From Takakia lepidozioides (lineage: Eukaryota; Plantae; Bryophyta): a DNA stretch of 64,000 nucleotides. The translations under genes and the position numbers were made by a program. The notes beneath the pieces are model-generated. The model searched no databases and was not told the DNA's origin. It saw nothing but the letters and a program-made list of their open reading frames with translations. How positions within the stretch are numbered: position 1 is the stretch's first letter; the number at the start of each line of letters is the position of its first letter. Positions 36,537 through 50,591 of the stretch are shown here, piece after piece. Location of the stretch: positions 58,032,001 to 58,096,000 of the forward strand of contig CM060731.1 of NCBI GenBank assembly GCA_030704615.1, written 5' to 3'.

Positions 36537-39500
36537 TCACGATTTACTGATTGCGATTAGCAAACCTTTGTGAGTGAGCACCTTTCTGACGTTGAGAGTT
36601 TCGTGGTGGACTGTGTGTACGAGCCCGAGGTCTGTCACTGGTTGACGGAGATGTTGAACACTTCCTGGATAAGTGAGGCCCTCTGGAGGCTGATATCGAG
36701 GTAACCTTTCAGGCATATGAGACCCCCGTCGCTTCTTCTCTGCCATCTGAATTGCATAGTCTTCTCCCATGTCAAAAGAATCCGCTGAAGAAACAGTTGT
36801 ATCAGAATCTTCATCGCCTCTCAGGTGTTTTAATTTTCGAACTTTTTGTGGAATCCTCTGGGGCATACAATGTTGTCCTACCATGTCTGGAAGTTTTATT
36901 TTTACAACTTGCTGTAACCGCTGAACAGCAAAATTGGTGTAGACACTGAGCTCTTTGTCTGTCCAGGTGAGTGAGTGGGGTACCAATTACTTGTGCAGCG
37001 TGCAAGTATTCCATGCCACATGTCCCTTATAGAAAATATCATCAATGCCGAATTTCTGTGTTGACAAATTGTTCCAGGCCGCTTGGAACCATGAACGAAT
37101 TTGAGAATCCTTTTGCATCATAACTTTTGCCTCATATAGGTACATATGAGGTGGCACTGAAGGTAAGACCCAATGATCCCCACTGGAATAACTCAGAAAG
37201 CGCGCTTGCATCTTGTGTTGCTCAATGTGATAACGTACCAGAAAACAAGCAGCGTAGTATAACCCGCATCCCATGACAATACTTGCTACCTCCTTGGTCT
37301 TGGTATAAATGAATCCATGTACAACTTGGAAAGCAATTAATTCCCTCAACATGGTACCTGCTTCGTGCCAGTACTGTGCAAAGTGATGATCCTCAATTGG
37401 TCGATTGTTTGGAAGAACTTTAGTCCTAGTTGCCACTGACAGCCAAATGCGCATGATTTGGTAGTAATGTGCGAATGACTGCGGAGGACTAAATTCTTTC
37501 CAAGCCAAATCCAACATGATGGGAATTTGGTTGAAGGGCATAATCATAGCCCTACTGTACTCCCTTGCAGCTAGAGTTTTAGGTGGGTTAAAAGCAGCAT
37601 TGCCCCATACCTCAGGCTGTGGTGGCTGCGGTGTGGTTGTAGTAACAACAGGTTCAGCTACTGGTACAGTGACTTGTTGTGGTGTTGGTGGTACTGGCTC
37701 TTGTATCATTGGCATTTCCTGCACCTCCTGTGAAGACTGAAAAGCCAAAGTTCTGGCTTGTAAATAAGAAGCCATTAGCTGTTCCTGAGGAATATAGACT
37801 CTTTTGTCGATATTTGAAGTGAGGTCCTCCACTTGAGTATGCAGTCCATCTACATCCTCCTGTAACTCTATTCTACTATAGACATTGTCTATAGTAGTTG
37901 TGGCAATGTTCTGCACTTGCAGTCTGAGCTCATTCATCTCGCTTTGGGTGAGCTTTTGTGGTGCTTTGCCCTCCACTGGCCCTTGTACTAACCAGACCAA
38001 CATAAGGCTGTTATCCACCAAGTTGCTTGTGGTTCCCCTGAGAGTGTGCTCCTCTCTTAGTTTGTATACTTCTAACTGCTGTTGTAAAGCCTCCATGTGC
38101 TTCGCATGAGGTTCAACCAAATTCGCATAGGCAGCAAGTAGATTATTGGCTTCTTTCCAAGCCTTGTTATTGACCGCGATTTCATTTCTATTGGCCATGA
38201 TCGTTTGTTGCAACTCCACGATGTGCTTCTCTTGATCAGCTTCAATCTGCCTGTATTGCTTGAAAGTATCTCATTGCGACAGATGTATTCTTCATGTCGA
38301 CAATGAGTTTCATTTGCTCAAATTCTCTGCTTCTGCCTTCATACTTTTGTCTGCTTGACTGTTATTTCTTTTGTAGTTGGTCAAGCATAGTTGTGAGTGT
38401 AGCACATTGTATGGCCATCCTGTCATGCACTGTCTGCAACTCCGTATGTAGTGCATTCACTTCTTGCAACTTGCTTTCATGCTGTACCTGCATTTGGTAT
38501 AGCTGTTGCTTATGTGCTTCGTGCAACTGGTCTTGCGCGAGGCCTGCCTCAATCAATTGTTCCTTGGCCAATTGCAAAGCCGCTTCTGTATTCTCCAAGT
38601 CTTGCTGCATCTTGAGAGTGACCTCTCATTGACCTTGTTTGCACACTCAGTGGTAGTCGAGCCTCAAACTCCTTCTTGAGTTCCTCTCTCAAGGCTGTCA
38701 ATTGGGTAGTTGGAACATGGGATTTGACATAAGTCCCCAACAAATTAAGTGTCATGCCTATGGAACTCATCAGCATTGCCTGTTGAGGGTCATCATGGTG
38801 AGGTTGCTGCTGTTCCTCCTGATCCTCAACAGTGTGATGTCTCACGAACCACTCAGGCCATTGTCCCACCGGATTTTCTTCCTGAACCACTTCATCTATC
38901 ACCGTGTGCCAGTGTCATGACCTTCTGCCTGTGGTACCTCCGACACAGGTGTGTGTATTATATGCACCTCAGGATTTCCCTTGGGCAACTGTTGCACCTC
39001 TGGAATCTCTGTCTCTTTGACCAGACCAGAATATTCATAGAGAAGGTCCCCCTTCTCAATTTCTGCCACTATCTGTTCTGTAGTTGGAATATCTAACCTT
39101 CTTTTTCCAAATCAATTATTTCTGGTGGCACTTCATGGCAACTTGTGGTAACCTTGTGTGACAAGCCGATCAGCTGGCTGTGATGGCTGTGATGCTGAAG
39201 TAACTTCCTCTTCCCTCTCTGAAGGTCCTGCTTCCAGTAATAGCAGTTCTCTGTGCTGCTGTGCCCCTTCCTGCACATGAGCTTGGGAAACATTATCATG
39301 CGGAATCCGTGAAGCCAGTGGATCCGCCACTACAGTCTTCCCTCGTCTCTGCCTCTTAGTCTCGGGTTGCCCTGCTAGTCCACCCTCACTGTGTGAAGAG
39401 CCTTGCTCTTCCATTGCAGTGGTTTCTGGCTCAAACACTCCCATTTCTTTCTTCTGCGCATCAAGATTATTTGAGCAATGATTGGGCCAGACACTATGAT

Positions 39501-40080
39501 AGGGACTTTGCGGTAGTACCTTGTAATCTTTTCATCTCCTCTACCAGTGCGTTGTACATTATGTCCGCACATTCTACCTCTTGTCCTTTCAAGCTTTGAG
39601 TATTTCCTCCGTGAAGGATCTGCTCAAAACTGTTGGTTCTGTTTCATGGCAATCAGAACGTTCAATACCTGGCCTACCTCCTTTAGCCCTGGGTACACGG
39701 CTTTGGTACAAGCATAACCCTGAGTTTTAAATAAACTCCCTTCTTGGAATAAGTCCCATATTTGCAGTCTTGCCCTGTGCTCCTCCACATGCACCTGACC
39801 TGCTGGCAATCGAAACAATTGCTGAGGTATAGGGGAGTAATTACTAATTCAACTCCCTTCACCGTTGTTGTTCCTGTCCTTTGCTCAAAGTTCTGCAAAA
39901 ATTGTAACATGTACTGTCTATGGTGTAATGTCCAATCTATGCTTTGCGATCCTTGCAATCTCAGCTCCTTCAGTATCTGTATCGCCTGTGGGTAGCAATC
40001 GTTTGTTTCTGCAGAATTGTGGTGCTCTTCACCCTGATTTCCTCCATTCCTCTCACTCTCTTCATTTTAGACCCATAGAA
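36537..40080 (-). pseudogene. Accessory coding region between pol and the 3' LTR (frameshifted; includes the 410-aa piece 36987-38219; Q/E-rich, coiled-coil-like)
   Basis: Chain of same-strand ORFs (39683-39958, 39133-39444, 38549-38902, 38362-38610, 36987-38219, 36537-36986); no domain recognised. Confidence 0.65.
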
Positions 40081-41199
40081 ATGTTTTGGCTGTAACAACT
40101 GCAGAATGTCTGTAGTGCACAAAGCATAAACGTATGGTTGCACAAAAAGCTATGGGTAATTTCTTGTAAGCCTGTGGAGCTTGCAAGCATCGATCAAGAG
40201 AAAAGCTCCGCTCTGTTCTTTCGTCTATGCCACTGCGTAAGTAATATTGTGAGCGTAGTCTGTTAGTTCCTCCATAGTTTCCAAGCTATAGCATTGATGG
40301 TTTGTCCTGGCGAGACGTCCGTTACTAAGAACGACGCCGCCTCTTTAATTTCTCTCCAATCTCTTGATCCTTTCTCTGGCTTTCTATTGGCTGTAACCGC
40401 TGTGACTGGATTTTAGATTTCATTTTCTTTAGTGGACTTTCCCTGCTGGATAGTCCACTAGGATCACACATGTGACAAGAATTTCGCTTTTCTGTACTTG
40501 CCGTTTGTTCCGTTCCTTTTTTCCGTATTCATTAATGGGCCCGCCTTTCATCCAATTTGACGCGCTGATTAGGTATTTGACGGCCATTCTTGTCCTCTTT
40601 CTTGAGACACCTGTTCTTGCACTTCTTCTCAGCTGTGTGTCGCGCCCTGACTTCCACGTGTCTATTTTAAACTGGTTTCCGTCTTTTCTTCTGTCAGCCA
40701 TTTTCCTGAAGTTATTGGCGTCCACCTGTCACTGATTCTATGGATCGTGTAACCCTAGTAGGCTGTGTTGAGCTGTGACAGGCTGTGTCATACTGTGGTA
40801 CGCTGTGATAGGCTGTGATGCACTGTGGTAAGCTGTGATAGGCTGTGTGACACGCGGTGGTAGGTTGTGATAGTGTTGTGTTGCGCCGTGCTGGGCTGTG
40901 ATAGGCTGTGTTTACGTGTGATGGGCTGTGATAGGGATGTGTTTCACCTTGTCCGCCCACCCTGGTCATATATGCTTGGCCTAGCGACAAGTGCTCCATA
41001 CTCCGTTGGTAACACTGGTGCAGCCCGTGACTGCTCTTGCGTTTCAACATGCAAATCATGCTGCAATGGTTTGTCATGGATACCACTGTATCCCTTTAAC
41101 TTATTGCATTGACTCTTCCCAGCATTTCTTTGTTAAATGGTTTGTAACATGGCGGTGTTGTTGTTATCATACATCTTTGTATGACATAAGGTCCTTTCC

Positions 41200-44100
41200 A
41201 TGGTGATTTAAGCTTAGAAGCTTAATCTTTCTTCTGCAACCATAGAACCAAATCCCCCGTTTTAAAAGTCTTTAACTTGCCTTCATCAAACTGTTCCTTT
41301 CTCTTCATCTGAATTCTGGTCATATTATCAGCTGCATCGGCACGTACTTCTTCCACATGGTATAATTCATGTTTCCTGACCTTAATGAATCTTGCAATTC
41401 CATTCTCTTTCCCCACTCCGTTCTCATGGTAGGTAACAGGAAATCCACTGGAAGTAAGGCTTCCATACCATAAACTAATTGGAATGGTGTATACTTAGTG
41501 GTGACTTTATATGAAGTCCTGTATGACCACAAAGCTGTCAGCAGCTTTGTATCCCAATCCGTTCTGTTTGCATTGACTATCTTAGCCAAGATAGTGCATA
41601 GTATTTTGTTGGTAGCCTCTGCCTGCCCATTACCCTGGGGTAATATGTTGTACTCTTCTTATGCACAATCATGAACTCTTTAGTCAACAACTCAATGGTC
41701 TCATTCATGAAGTGACTTCCTGATCACTGATAAATTCTAAGGGACAGCCAAATCGTGTAAGTATGTTCTCATACAGGAACCTTGCTATGGACTTGGCTGA
41801 GTTGTCCCTCAAAGCTTTAGCTGTAATTATGTACCTGTTCCGTGTATTCTTGGCTGGTGGGTTAATCGGTCCAACAAAGTCTAGTCCCCATTTCTGAAAT
41901 GGTTCCGTAGGCATTGTAGGATGCAAGGCCATCCTTCCAGATCTCTGCAAAGGTCCTAGCCTCTGACATTCATCAAACTCTGACAATACTCGTGTACATC
42001 TTTGAACAAAGTAGGCCAGCAGTAACCTGCGAGTAGTATCTTCCTACTGGTAGTCTCTTCTCCAAAATGACCTCCAGCCACTCCTTTATGAACTTCCTCC
42101 AAAACTTTATTTACTTCATGGTGGTACAAGCATCGTTTTAGTACTCCATCAGGTCCTAGCTTATACATTCTGCTTCCTACCATAGTATAAGGTAAAGCTT
42201 TGATAGCGATTCTCTTCCTCTGCTCCTTACCATAACTAGGTGGGCACTGACCATGAGCAAGGTAGTATCTGATTGGCCACTACCAATCTAACCAGTCATC
42301 TGCACTTCCCTGCCTCCACTGCAAAGAGACTCGCATCTGGTAATTGATCATCTATTCCTGTGGCTGGTTCTCCTGTTGATAACCGTGACAAGTGATCCGC
42401 CACAAGATGCAGTCTCCCAGGCTTGTAAACAACCTCGAACTCAAACTCATGCAAGATTATCAACCATCTTGCTATTCTTCCGCTTATCAGAGGTTTGTTT
42501 ACCAGGTATATCAGAGCCTGGTGATCCACATAGAACATAAACTTCTTGCCCAACAGGTAATGCCTGAATTTCTTCACTGCATAGATCATTGCCAATGCTT
42601 CTCTTTCCGTTGTGCTATAGTTCCTTTCAGCACTGTTCATCAACCTTAGCATAGTACACAGGTGAATCTATATTCCTGTAACATTCTGGGCTAACACCGC
42701 TCCCAACGCTTCTCCTGATGCATCGCAGTGAACATGAAATACTACATGCCAGTGAGGGTTAATCAGCATAGGTGTAGTTGTTACTGACAGTGTAAGTTCC
42801 TCAAACGTCTGCTGACATTCAGCTGTCCAGGCAAACACTGCAGCTTCTGTCTTTCTGGGATCCACAAGAAGTCCCTTCTTACACACATGTCCCAGAAGCA
42901 CCCCCGAGTTCACACAGAAAGTACACTTCTCTGGATTCAGGCCCAGACCTCTCATCCTGCATCTGGCCAGACATAACTCCAATTTATGCAAGTGCTCATT
43001 CTTAGAGCTGTACACACTGAAATCATCCAAGAATACCTGCATGAAATCATCCAGATACTCATGAAAAGATTCACTTATCACTCTCTGAAAGGTCGCTGGT
43101 GCATTACAAAGTCCAAAGGGCATGACTTTGTATGCATAAGCACCCCAGTCTGTGATGAAAGCTGTCTTTCCTTGGTCTTCTTCTGCCACTTGCACTTGAT
43201 TATAACCACTGAAGCCATCCATGAATGAGTACATCTCATGGCGTGCCACAGTGTCCAATACTGCTTCTGTGAATGGCAAAGGGAAAGGATCTTTCTTCGT
43301 ACAAGCATTCAGCTTTTTGTAGTTCACACAAACTCTTAGTTAACCATTCTTCTTGGGAACTATAACAATGGGTGACAACCAAGTTGTATACTCTATTGGG
43401 TATATAAACTTAGCCTCAGCCAACTTCTTGATCTCTTCTCCAACCTTCTGTGCGTAGTTGGGATTCATTCTGTACCTTGCCTGCTTGATTGGTACTGACC
43501 CTGGTTCCAGTTCAATCTTATGCTGACAGATTTCAGGTGGTATCCCTTTTAGATCCTCATAGCTCCAAATAAATACATCTCTGTATTTGATGAACAAACT
43601 CTTAGCTTCTTCAAAGAATTCTGGCTCTAAATCAGCTCCTACCTTCACCATCCTCGGTTCCTCTTTAGTTCCCACATTCACTTCCCTCACTTGCTCATCA
43701 GCTGTGATTGTCCAACCAGTCACCACTTCATCTGTAACTCACAGTGGCGGTTCCTCTAGGATTTCCATTTCTCCTTCTTTTCTTCATAGAAATGTGATGG
43801 GTAACTGCTGGTTTCCTCTTCACTTGGTGTTGCTGACACTACACCACAGCAGATACCCTTAAACAACTTAGGCTTCCAGCCGCATCTCTGCAACCTGCTC
43901 CCACTCTGGGTGTGCAGCAAATAGGGTAGCTTCCTGCTCCTCATCCAGTCCTCCTCTCCAGTCATACTCTCTGACCCTCGAGGTCTTCTCGTAGCAGGTA
44001 ATCTACTAGATTTCTTTGTGTAATTTGTATCTCGTGTATCCCATTATGCACGGTTAGTAACTGAGAATTTCCAGTCATGGAATACCCTGGCCTGTTTCAG

Positions 44101-47100
44101 CCACGGACGTCCCAATAATAAGGAGTAAGCCTCCATGACTTCATCCATCTTCAACACAGTTACTGTGATCATAAAGATCATCTGTATCTGTATCTTAACT
44201 CCTCTTATCAATCCCAATGGCTGTACACTTCTTTGATCTGCCATTGTTACTGTAAATGGGGCTGGTTTCATGTTACTTAGACCAAGCTTCTTCCTTAATT
44301 GGTTTGTCATGATATTTACTCCCAGACCTCCATCTATCAGTACATCAGTTAGTTCTGTGCTTCCAATTCTCAATTGGATTACTGGCATAGAATCATCAAA
44401 GTCCATGACTGTTTCTCGCCCTTCCGGCTTCACATTATAACTGGTCACCTTGTGTTCAGGTCTGTGTTTCCTGTCTCCTGGGCAATTCGATTGATTGCTG
44501 ATACAGCCTGTGTCTACAATAAGGTGCCACAGCCAATAGCTGTCCAATGGTAATCTCTGCTTTGGTCTGGCATATTATTTCAGCCAAAGTCCCTTCATTA
44601 CTCTGCATGTCTGCATCTTCTTTCTTCCTTTCATCCTCACTCACTTCTTCTTCTCCATCAGAATCAGAGGAATCTGCCACAGGAATATCAGTACTCTTTG
44701 CATTTCCCTTATGGTATCTGCCACTTCCTTGTGCAGTTCCTTCTCATCTCTCCAAGCCTCATCATCTTCAGGCATATCACTGCCACTTCATTATCTTCTC
44801 TTCCTCAACTACTGGAGGTATTAGTTTGGCTTTGCTTCTTGTTACTATCATTGTACTTACTTCTGGTACAACACATGGCCTAACCATGTGAGCTGCCACC
44901 ACTGGGCCCTCATTCACAGGAGCTCTCATCTCATTCTGGTGTCTATCCAGAATGAACAGGCTGCCTTGCGATGTCCTGGCTGATTACAATAGTAACAGAG
45001 TTCTTCACCACTGGGTCCTCGCCCTTGGTCTGCTCTTGGATTATTTCTGTAATCCTGATTCCCGGGCTGGTAATTCCCCCTTGGATACCCTGATAGTTGC
45101 CTCTGGAATTTCCTTGGTAATTCCCTCTTGAATTACCTCTCCCTTTCATGCCATGTTATAACCACCAGACCTACCATAGTGGTCCTGATCATTGTTTCTT
45201 CTTGGCTGGGGCTGCACCTGATGCACCCTACTTGCCTAGGTTCTCTTGCAACTGTCCTTCTGTTGTAGTAACAATTCTCAGTAGAATGGTTATCCATTTT
45301 ACAGATAGTACAGTGTTTCTCCTTCATGTGGCATTCTGTGGTGGTATGGCCTTCATTCTGGCACTTTGCACACCATACACCCTTCTCCAATGTGTTGCAG
45401 CCTCTGTGGCATACTTCTTCAAGATTTCTTCCAATCTTTTCTCATAGTTATCCTCTTCAACTTCTCCTTTCTCTTACTCTTTCTTTTTAGTTCTTGCTCT
45501 TCTTCTTCATCTGACTCATCCTCAGAGTCCTCATCATCCCTTTTCTCTCTCCTGAGCATTCCCAATTGCTCAATTCTGTTGCAGTTTCAAATGCCTCCTC
45601 CACTGTATTATGGGGTAACATATCCACTTTCTTTTGCAACTCTGGTCTTAGTCCACTCACAAACCAAGTCTTCTGTAAACCTGGTGCTGGTACTGCAGCC
45701 AGCTTTTTCATCATCAATTCCATCTTTCCATATACTCCTCAACAGTTTCATGCTTCTTTTGCTTTAACTGTTGTAAACTTCCATACACTTCATCATCAGT
45801 TTTACTTGTCCTGAACCTATTTCGGAATGTTGTATTCAAGCCATTCCAGGTTAGGAAATGATTATCAGGGAATCTTGCATACCATTCACTTGCTTTCTTG
45901 ATAAGTGAACAAGGAAACAATCTCATCTTGGCATCATCGCCATTCTCATTGTTCACTATACACATGTGCTCAAATTGGCTAATGTGTACATCGGGATCCC
46001 CTTTTCCTGAATATATTGGAAAGGTGTGGTTTGCCCGTGTTGGTTGTAACGCCATTGTGGCCCTACCTTCTGCCCACTGACAGGTGCTGGCACCCTTGCT
46101 GGTGCTGGTCCTTCTGGACCTGTTGTTGTGTGGTGGATCTTCCACCAAGTGGTGGCCCTTGAGCACTCCTGCTACTGGCCCCACGATATTCACAGTATTC
46201 CAGCTTCAGTTGCCCTACTTTCCACACTCCCGTCCCCAGAGCCAGATCCAGGCAGCCCGCCTGATCCCCATGAGCCGACACCTTCGATGGCCTGTGATCC
46301 AAGTGCTCCACTTGATCCAGGTCCAACGGGTTGGGATGTCCTGGTTGTAGTCTCAACCTCAGCTATTGGGTCTACTTCTTCATACCTTCCTCTTCCAATT
46401 TCTTCTCTCTATTTCATCCTCCAAGTTATGCCCTTGGGTTTCTTCTTCACTCATGTAACTCAACTGCCATGGTGTGGAGAGTCTGAACTCCGTTGGCTCT
46501 GCCATCCTCTCCTCCTTCTTCACCTTCCGCTTCAAAAACTGGAGTTCATGCTTTTGGTGTTCCATGCCAACTCTTATCAAAGATTTCTGTCAAATCTTTT
46601 ATCCAGGGATGTACCTCAGATCTTTCACCTCGTGATTGATCTTCTTCCGTACCAATTCCCTTAATCTTTCTTGCAAAGAAACAGAAGGAGTGGCATCCAA
46701 CTCTAGTTCTTCCGGTATGGTGATGTACTCTCTGATCTTAATGCTGTGAGAGGTCCAGATGATTCCCCTATGTCTATTCCTCTCTCCCAAAGATATGGAT
46801 AATTAGCTTTAGATAGCTTTCTCTTTTTGCTGAATATCTCTGGTCTAGCTTCTCTTTCATCACTCATGTCCCATGTCTTTCATTTCTTTTAATGTGGCAA
46901 TAACCAAAACTCTCTTCTGTAATATCTCTCGTATATGCCTGGGTTTCTTTCAAGCTTCAATGCACCCTTGGCTATACTTGAAGTCTCCGTTACCATATAA
47001 CCATATGCAAACAAGTCTGGAAAGTTGTTCTTGGTGTGAGTTTGATCCACAAAATATCCTTTGGAATCCAATTCTTTACCAGTACAAGCTCTTCATGCAT

Positions 47101-47400
47101 ATGAGTATAAACATTCACCTTTCTTTCCTCCCAGCCTTCAAACTCTACTCGCTTAATGGATAGCAATGCTATCACATAAACCAATGTTGGTAACCAACGT
47201 GCTCTTCCTCTACAAGCCACTGATAAATCTTTATCACTCCTTTCTCCAGACCCCATCGGGTCAGCATCATGCACTCTCTTAAGAATGTTTTCCTTACAAC
47301 CGTCTGGCAATTCCAAAAAACCTCTGGAAGAATGTTTGGATAATCTTTCCTTCTCAGTTCACAGGAATTTGATTCACATCAAATTCTTTAATTCTCCAAC
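41200..47400 (-). pseudogene. gag-pol polyprotein, multiply frameshifted
   Basis: Gag YSGKGDPDVHISQFE; CCHC knuckles CAKCQNEGHTTTEC and CTICKMDNHSTENC; protease LIDGG; RT MPFGLCNAPATFQR/FLDD; RNase H NYSTTEREALA/VDHQAL; integrase HKGVAGGH, WGLDFVGP, ISDQ, GQAE. Confidence 0.93.
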
Positions 47401-47450
47401 CACCATGATCCCACCAGATGCCTGTCACATCTGGTTATTCATGACCCAGT

Positions 47451-47468
47451 TCCCCAGTATGGTCGCCA
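47451..47468 (-). other. Primer-binding site (resembles a tRNA-Arg 3' end; inference)
   Basis: TGGCGACCATACTGGGGA, 2 nt after the 5' LTR end. Confidence 0.75.
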
Positions 47469-47470
47469 AA

Positions 47471-48412
47471 TGTCGCGCGGCTTTTACTCACCCATCCCTT
47501 CGCTATCCGAGGCGGAAACTCCAAGATAGAAGAGTTGGAAATCTCTAAGCACTCAGCCCGCTCAGAACAATCAGTCATGACCTACAGCTAGTGTATCATG
47601 GGGGTGTTTCCTATTTGCTTTCCTTCCCGCATTCATGTTAGCTAAGTTACCTTACTGTTGGTAATTAAGTATCAGTTTGCTTCAGCAATCTATCGGATTC
47701 CATCAACTCAGCCATTCAATCCACAGCTTCACTCAGATCTCTCTACACAGTGTGAGTATATGCAGATGGGGGATGGACTCCTGTCAATATTTTCTCGACT
47801 TTGTGTCGGATATAGGATACTGCCACAATATTAGGGCATTCATTAAGCATCAACAGATCGTCCTCTTCCTCTTTCTGCTCAGAGATACCCTCTCTGCTTC
47901 CTTCCCCCTCGTGATGTCCGAAGTTCCCCCAAGAAGTGCTCCCCCCACTCCTTCCAGCAGTGATTCCCCAAGAAGTGATCATTTTCTCGTCCTCGCTCCT
48001 GGCTTTATCTTCCTACCCGTTGTTCTAACCGTTTCCCTCACTAACCGTCATTCGTGTACTAACATGTTCTATTCGCAGATGTTGTTCCCCCCAGCCGTTC
48101 CCTGTCCTGCTATCCGTTCCCTATGGTCGTGACAGCTGTGTCAAGCTGTGATGGCTGTGCGACTGTGTCTGTGATGTGTCTGTGTACTGTGACTGTGTTG
48201 GCTGTGACGGGCTGTGAGCTGGTGACGGGCTGTGGTGTGTCGGACTGTGACGAGCTGTGTTGGCTGTGACGGGCTGTTGTCGGGCTGTGTAAACCCCCTC
48301 CAAAGTGCGCTGCTGTCACCCCTAAGGCTCATGTTGGTCTCAGTTTGTGCAAAAATTAAGGGTACCCCACAGATCCCGTAAAAGTGTCTAAGTCCCAAGC
48401 AACCTTCTAACA
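47471..48412 (-). repeat. 5' LTR (942 bp)
   Basis: tgtcgcg...ctaaca, adjacent to the PBS. Confidence 0.92.
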
Positions 48413-49340
48413 CATTGTAGGGAGGCTATGTCGCTATTGTCCTACCTAGAGGAAATGGGTTTGCAGGCTGTGTAGGCGCCGGGTGGTTTTCCTAGCCTCA
48501 AGTTATAGCTCCCAGGAACCTTTGCTAAATGGATGCATACAACATAAAAGTTGTAGGCCGAGGCTATGTACATATTTTGAGGCTGTGGATAAGTGACTGC
48601 TTTAGGATTAAGCATGTAAATGGGTACATTGGGAGTCCAATTCACTTACTCTTTGGCCATGTGTTGATCTGGTGCTTGTGCATTGTAGGATTTTAAGCAG
48701 AAGTATCCAGACGTGATTGTGCCAAACCCACTAGAAGCCATTCAACAGCTGCGAAACAGGCAGTCGATGCTTCAGGATGTGGCCGATCTAGACCTTTGTG
48801 ACTATGTGGTTGGTTTCTCCAGTACACAGTGCCTTAAACCAGCTCTTATATCTATTGACCTGGAGTTTCGGTTTAGGGGCATCAATTTAATCAATTTTAC
48901 TCACACTGAGAACCAAATTTTGAGTAACCAGTCATATTGCAGACTTAAGTTAATTTAAATCTCAGTGTGATTGAGTGAGTGAGTCCACGGCAATGCCTGG
49001 ATACATGAGAAGTTGACCTGCATTTTGTTGTTTTCCATTTCTTGCAGCTTTTGGAATTTGAATATGGTCCTGGACGACCATCCGATCTGCTTACTTCTTT
49101 TCATAGCCCCATGTTTTCATTTTGCTCGTGTTGTTTGCAATCTGAGTATCCCGCAACAAAGAGGAAGATTTAAAGAACTTAGTTGATGAATTATGTTCTG
49201 CATGATTCCCACATCTGAGGAACAAGGGAATCACCAGTCATGAAGCAGGACATTGGTTGATGTCAGTGTTGGCAACGTTGGGTAAGCCTGACAGTGGATC
49301 AGGTTATATGCCTTCCTGTGATTTGTTATCTACTGGACAG

Positions 49341-49429
49341 GGTGTATTGCTCTATGGGATCCCCAGGAACAGGAACTTAGACACTACTAGTAGCTAGCAA
49401 CAAAATTTGTTGATGCCGAACTTCTCAAG
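49341..49429 (+). pseudogene. Isolated decayed exon of a 26S proteasome AAA-ATPase (RPT4-like Walker A exon)
   Basis: AG/GT-bounded; reads GVLLYG.PGTG..TLL..ASN..DA..LK across indels, compared with [29 protein letters not shown]. Confidence 0.6.
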
Positions 49430-50042
49430 GTATGATTATGACAGACAGGGGGTTCTTGTTAGAGACACAAAAACTCCTAAATGATGTGAATGTGCACCAA
49501 CAAATTAATGGGCTTGGTGGTTGCTGCTTGGCTGTATAGCTCCAAGGATCTCTTGACGTCTACATGGAACTTTGCCTCGAGCGATGCTTGCAGAAGGAGT
49601 GGGGCTTCAATAATCAATTGATTGTCGTCCAGAAAACTTATGACCTGAAGGCAAACTGCTGGAAAGTGTCTCTACATCTGCGAAGTCCAACTAACCCCTG
49701 CATCATCATGTAGTCCCCTAGCACTAGTATCTGGCCCCCATGACACAACCCCAGAGAAAACAAATGACATGTTCATTTCGAGAATTATCAATAATAATCT
49801 TGTTTCGATACCCTTACAAAGGTATCATGTTGCAATTGGGTTGTGTGTTCAATAGAGAGTTTAATATATCAACTCTTAGACGTTGATACTCTTACAGTGG
49901 TATCATGTTTGGTATATGTACATAGCCATATATTGGCACTAAAAGGGCTTGGCAGTATGAAATTGGTTAGTGTCTCAAGGTGCAGATGAAACATGCAAAC
50001 ATATTTAGATTGTAAGCAACACCCACCAGTCAAACTCATCCT

Positions 50043-50591
50043 CAGAAGAGATTGATACACAAAAATTTCTCAGGGTCGTTGGTGCGCAGGCTTTTGTCAA
50101 GGGCTTGATATCATCATCGGTCAACTCAAAGTCAAAGACATCAAGGTTCTACTTCAATCTCTCCATCTTGTCTGACTTAGGAATGACAATTGTCTTGTGC
50201 TCAATGCCCCAGTGCATCGCAATTTGTGCCGGTGTCTTGTTGTACTTTCTTGGCAATCCATGTAGTGTGTTTATAGTGTGTGTGAGAGAGAGAGGGAAGC
50301 GAGAGATCACGCCTTACATAGAGTAGTGAATCACAACTGAAGTCAATAATTCATAAGGGAGCACTTAGGGGAAGATGCAAACCTGAAGAACAGCGTCATC
50401 AAGACATGAAACGGTGCCCAACAAATTCCGTGTTATCAACCCCACCACCAATGGCATGTGGGTAGTGACAGCTATCCCATGCTTCCGGTAGAAATTCACC
50501 GATGATTCACGCTGGAGTAAGGATAGGTTTCGATGCTAGCTTAATCTTTGAATATGCAAGGCAGTCCCGGGTCAAAAAGATGTCGTAATTT
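50043..50591 (-). pseudogene. Last two exons of an aldo-keto reductase (AKR2A: mannose-6-P reductase/sorbitol-6-P dehydrogenase type)
   Basis: NYDIFLTRDCLAYSKIK..IETYPY.QRES..RKHGIAVT..GTVSCLDDAVLQ, intron, KYNKTPAQIAMHWGIEHKTIVIPKS..ERLK*NLDVFDFEL..LRTNDP; stops and indels present. Confidence 0.88.

Larger units (their letters stand above)
35504..48412 (-). mobile_element. Ty3/gypsy LTR retrotransposon (no chromodomain seen), decayed, with extra ORFs 3' of pol
   Basis: Two TG...CA LTRs, PBS, PPT and gag-PR-RT-RH-IN order on the minus strand. Confidence 0.95.
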
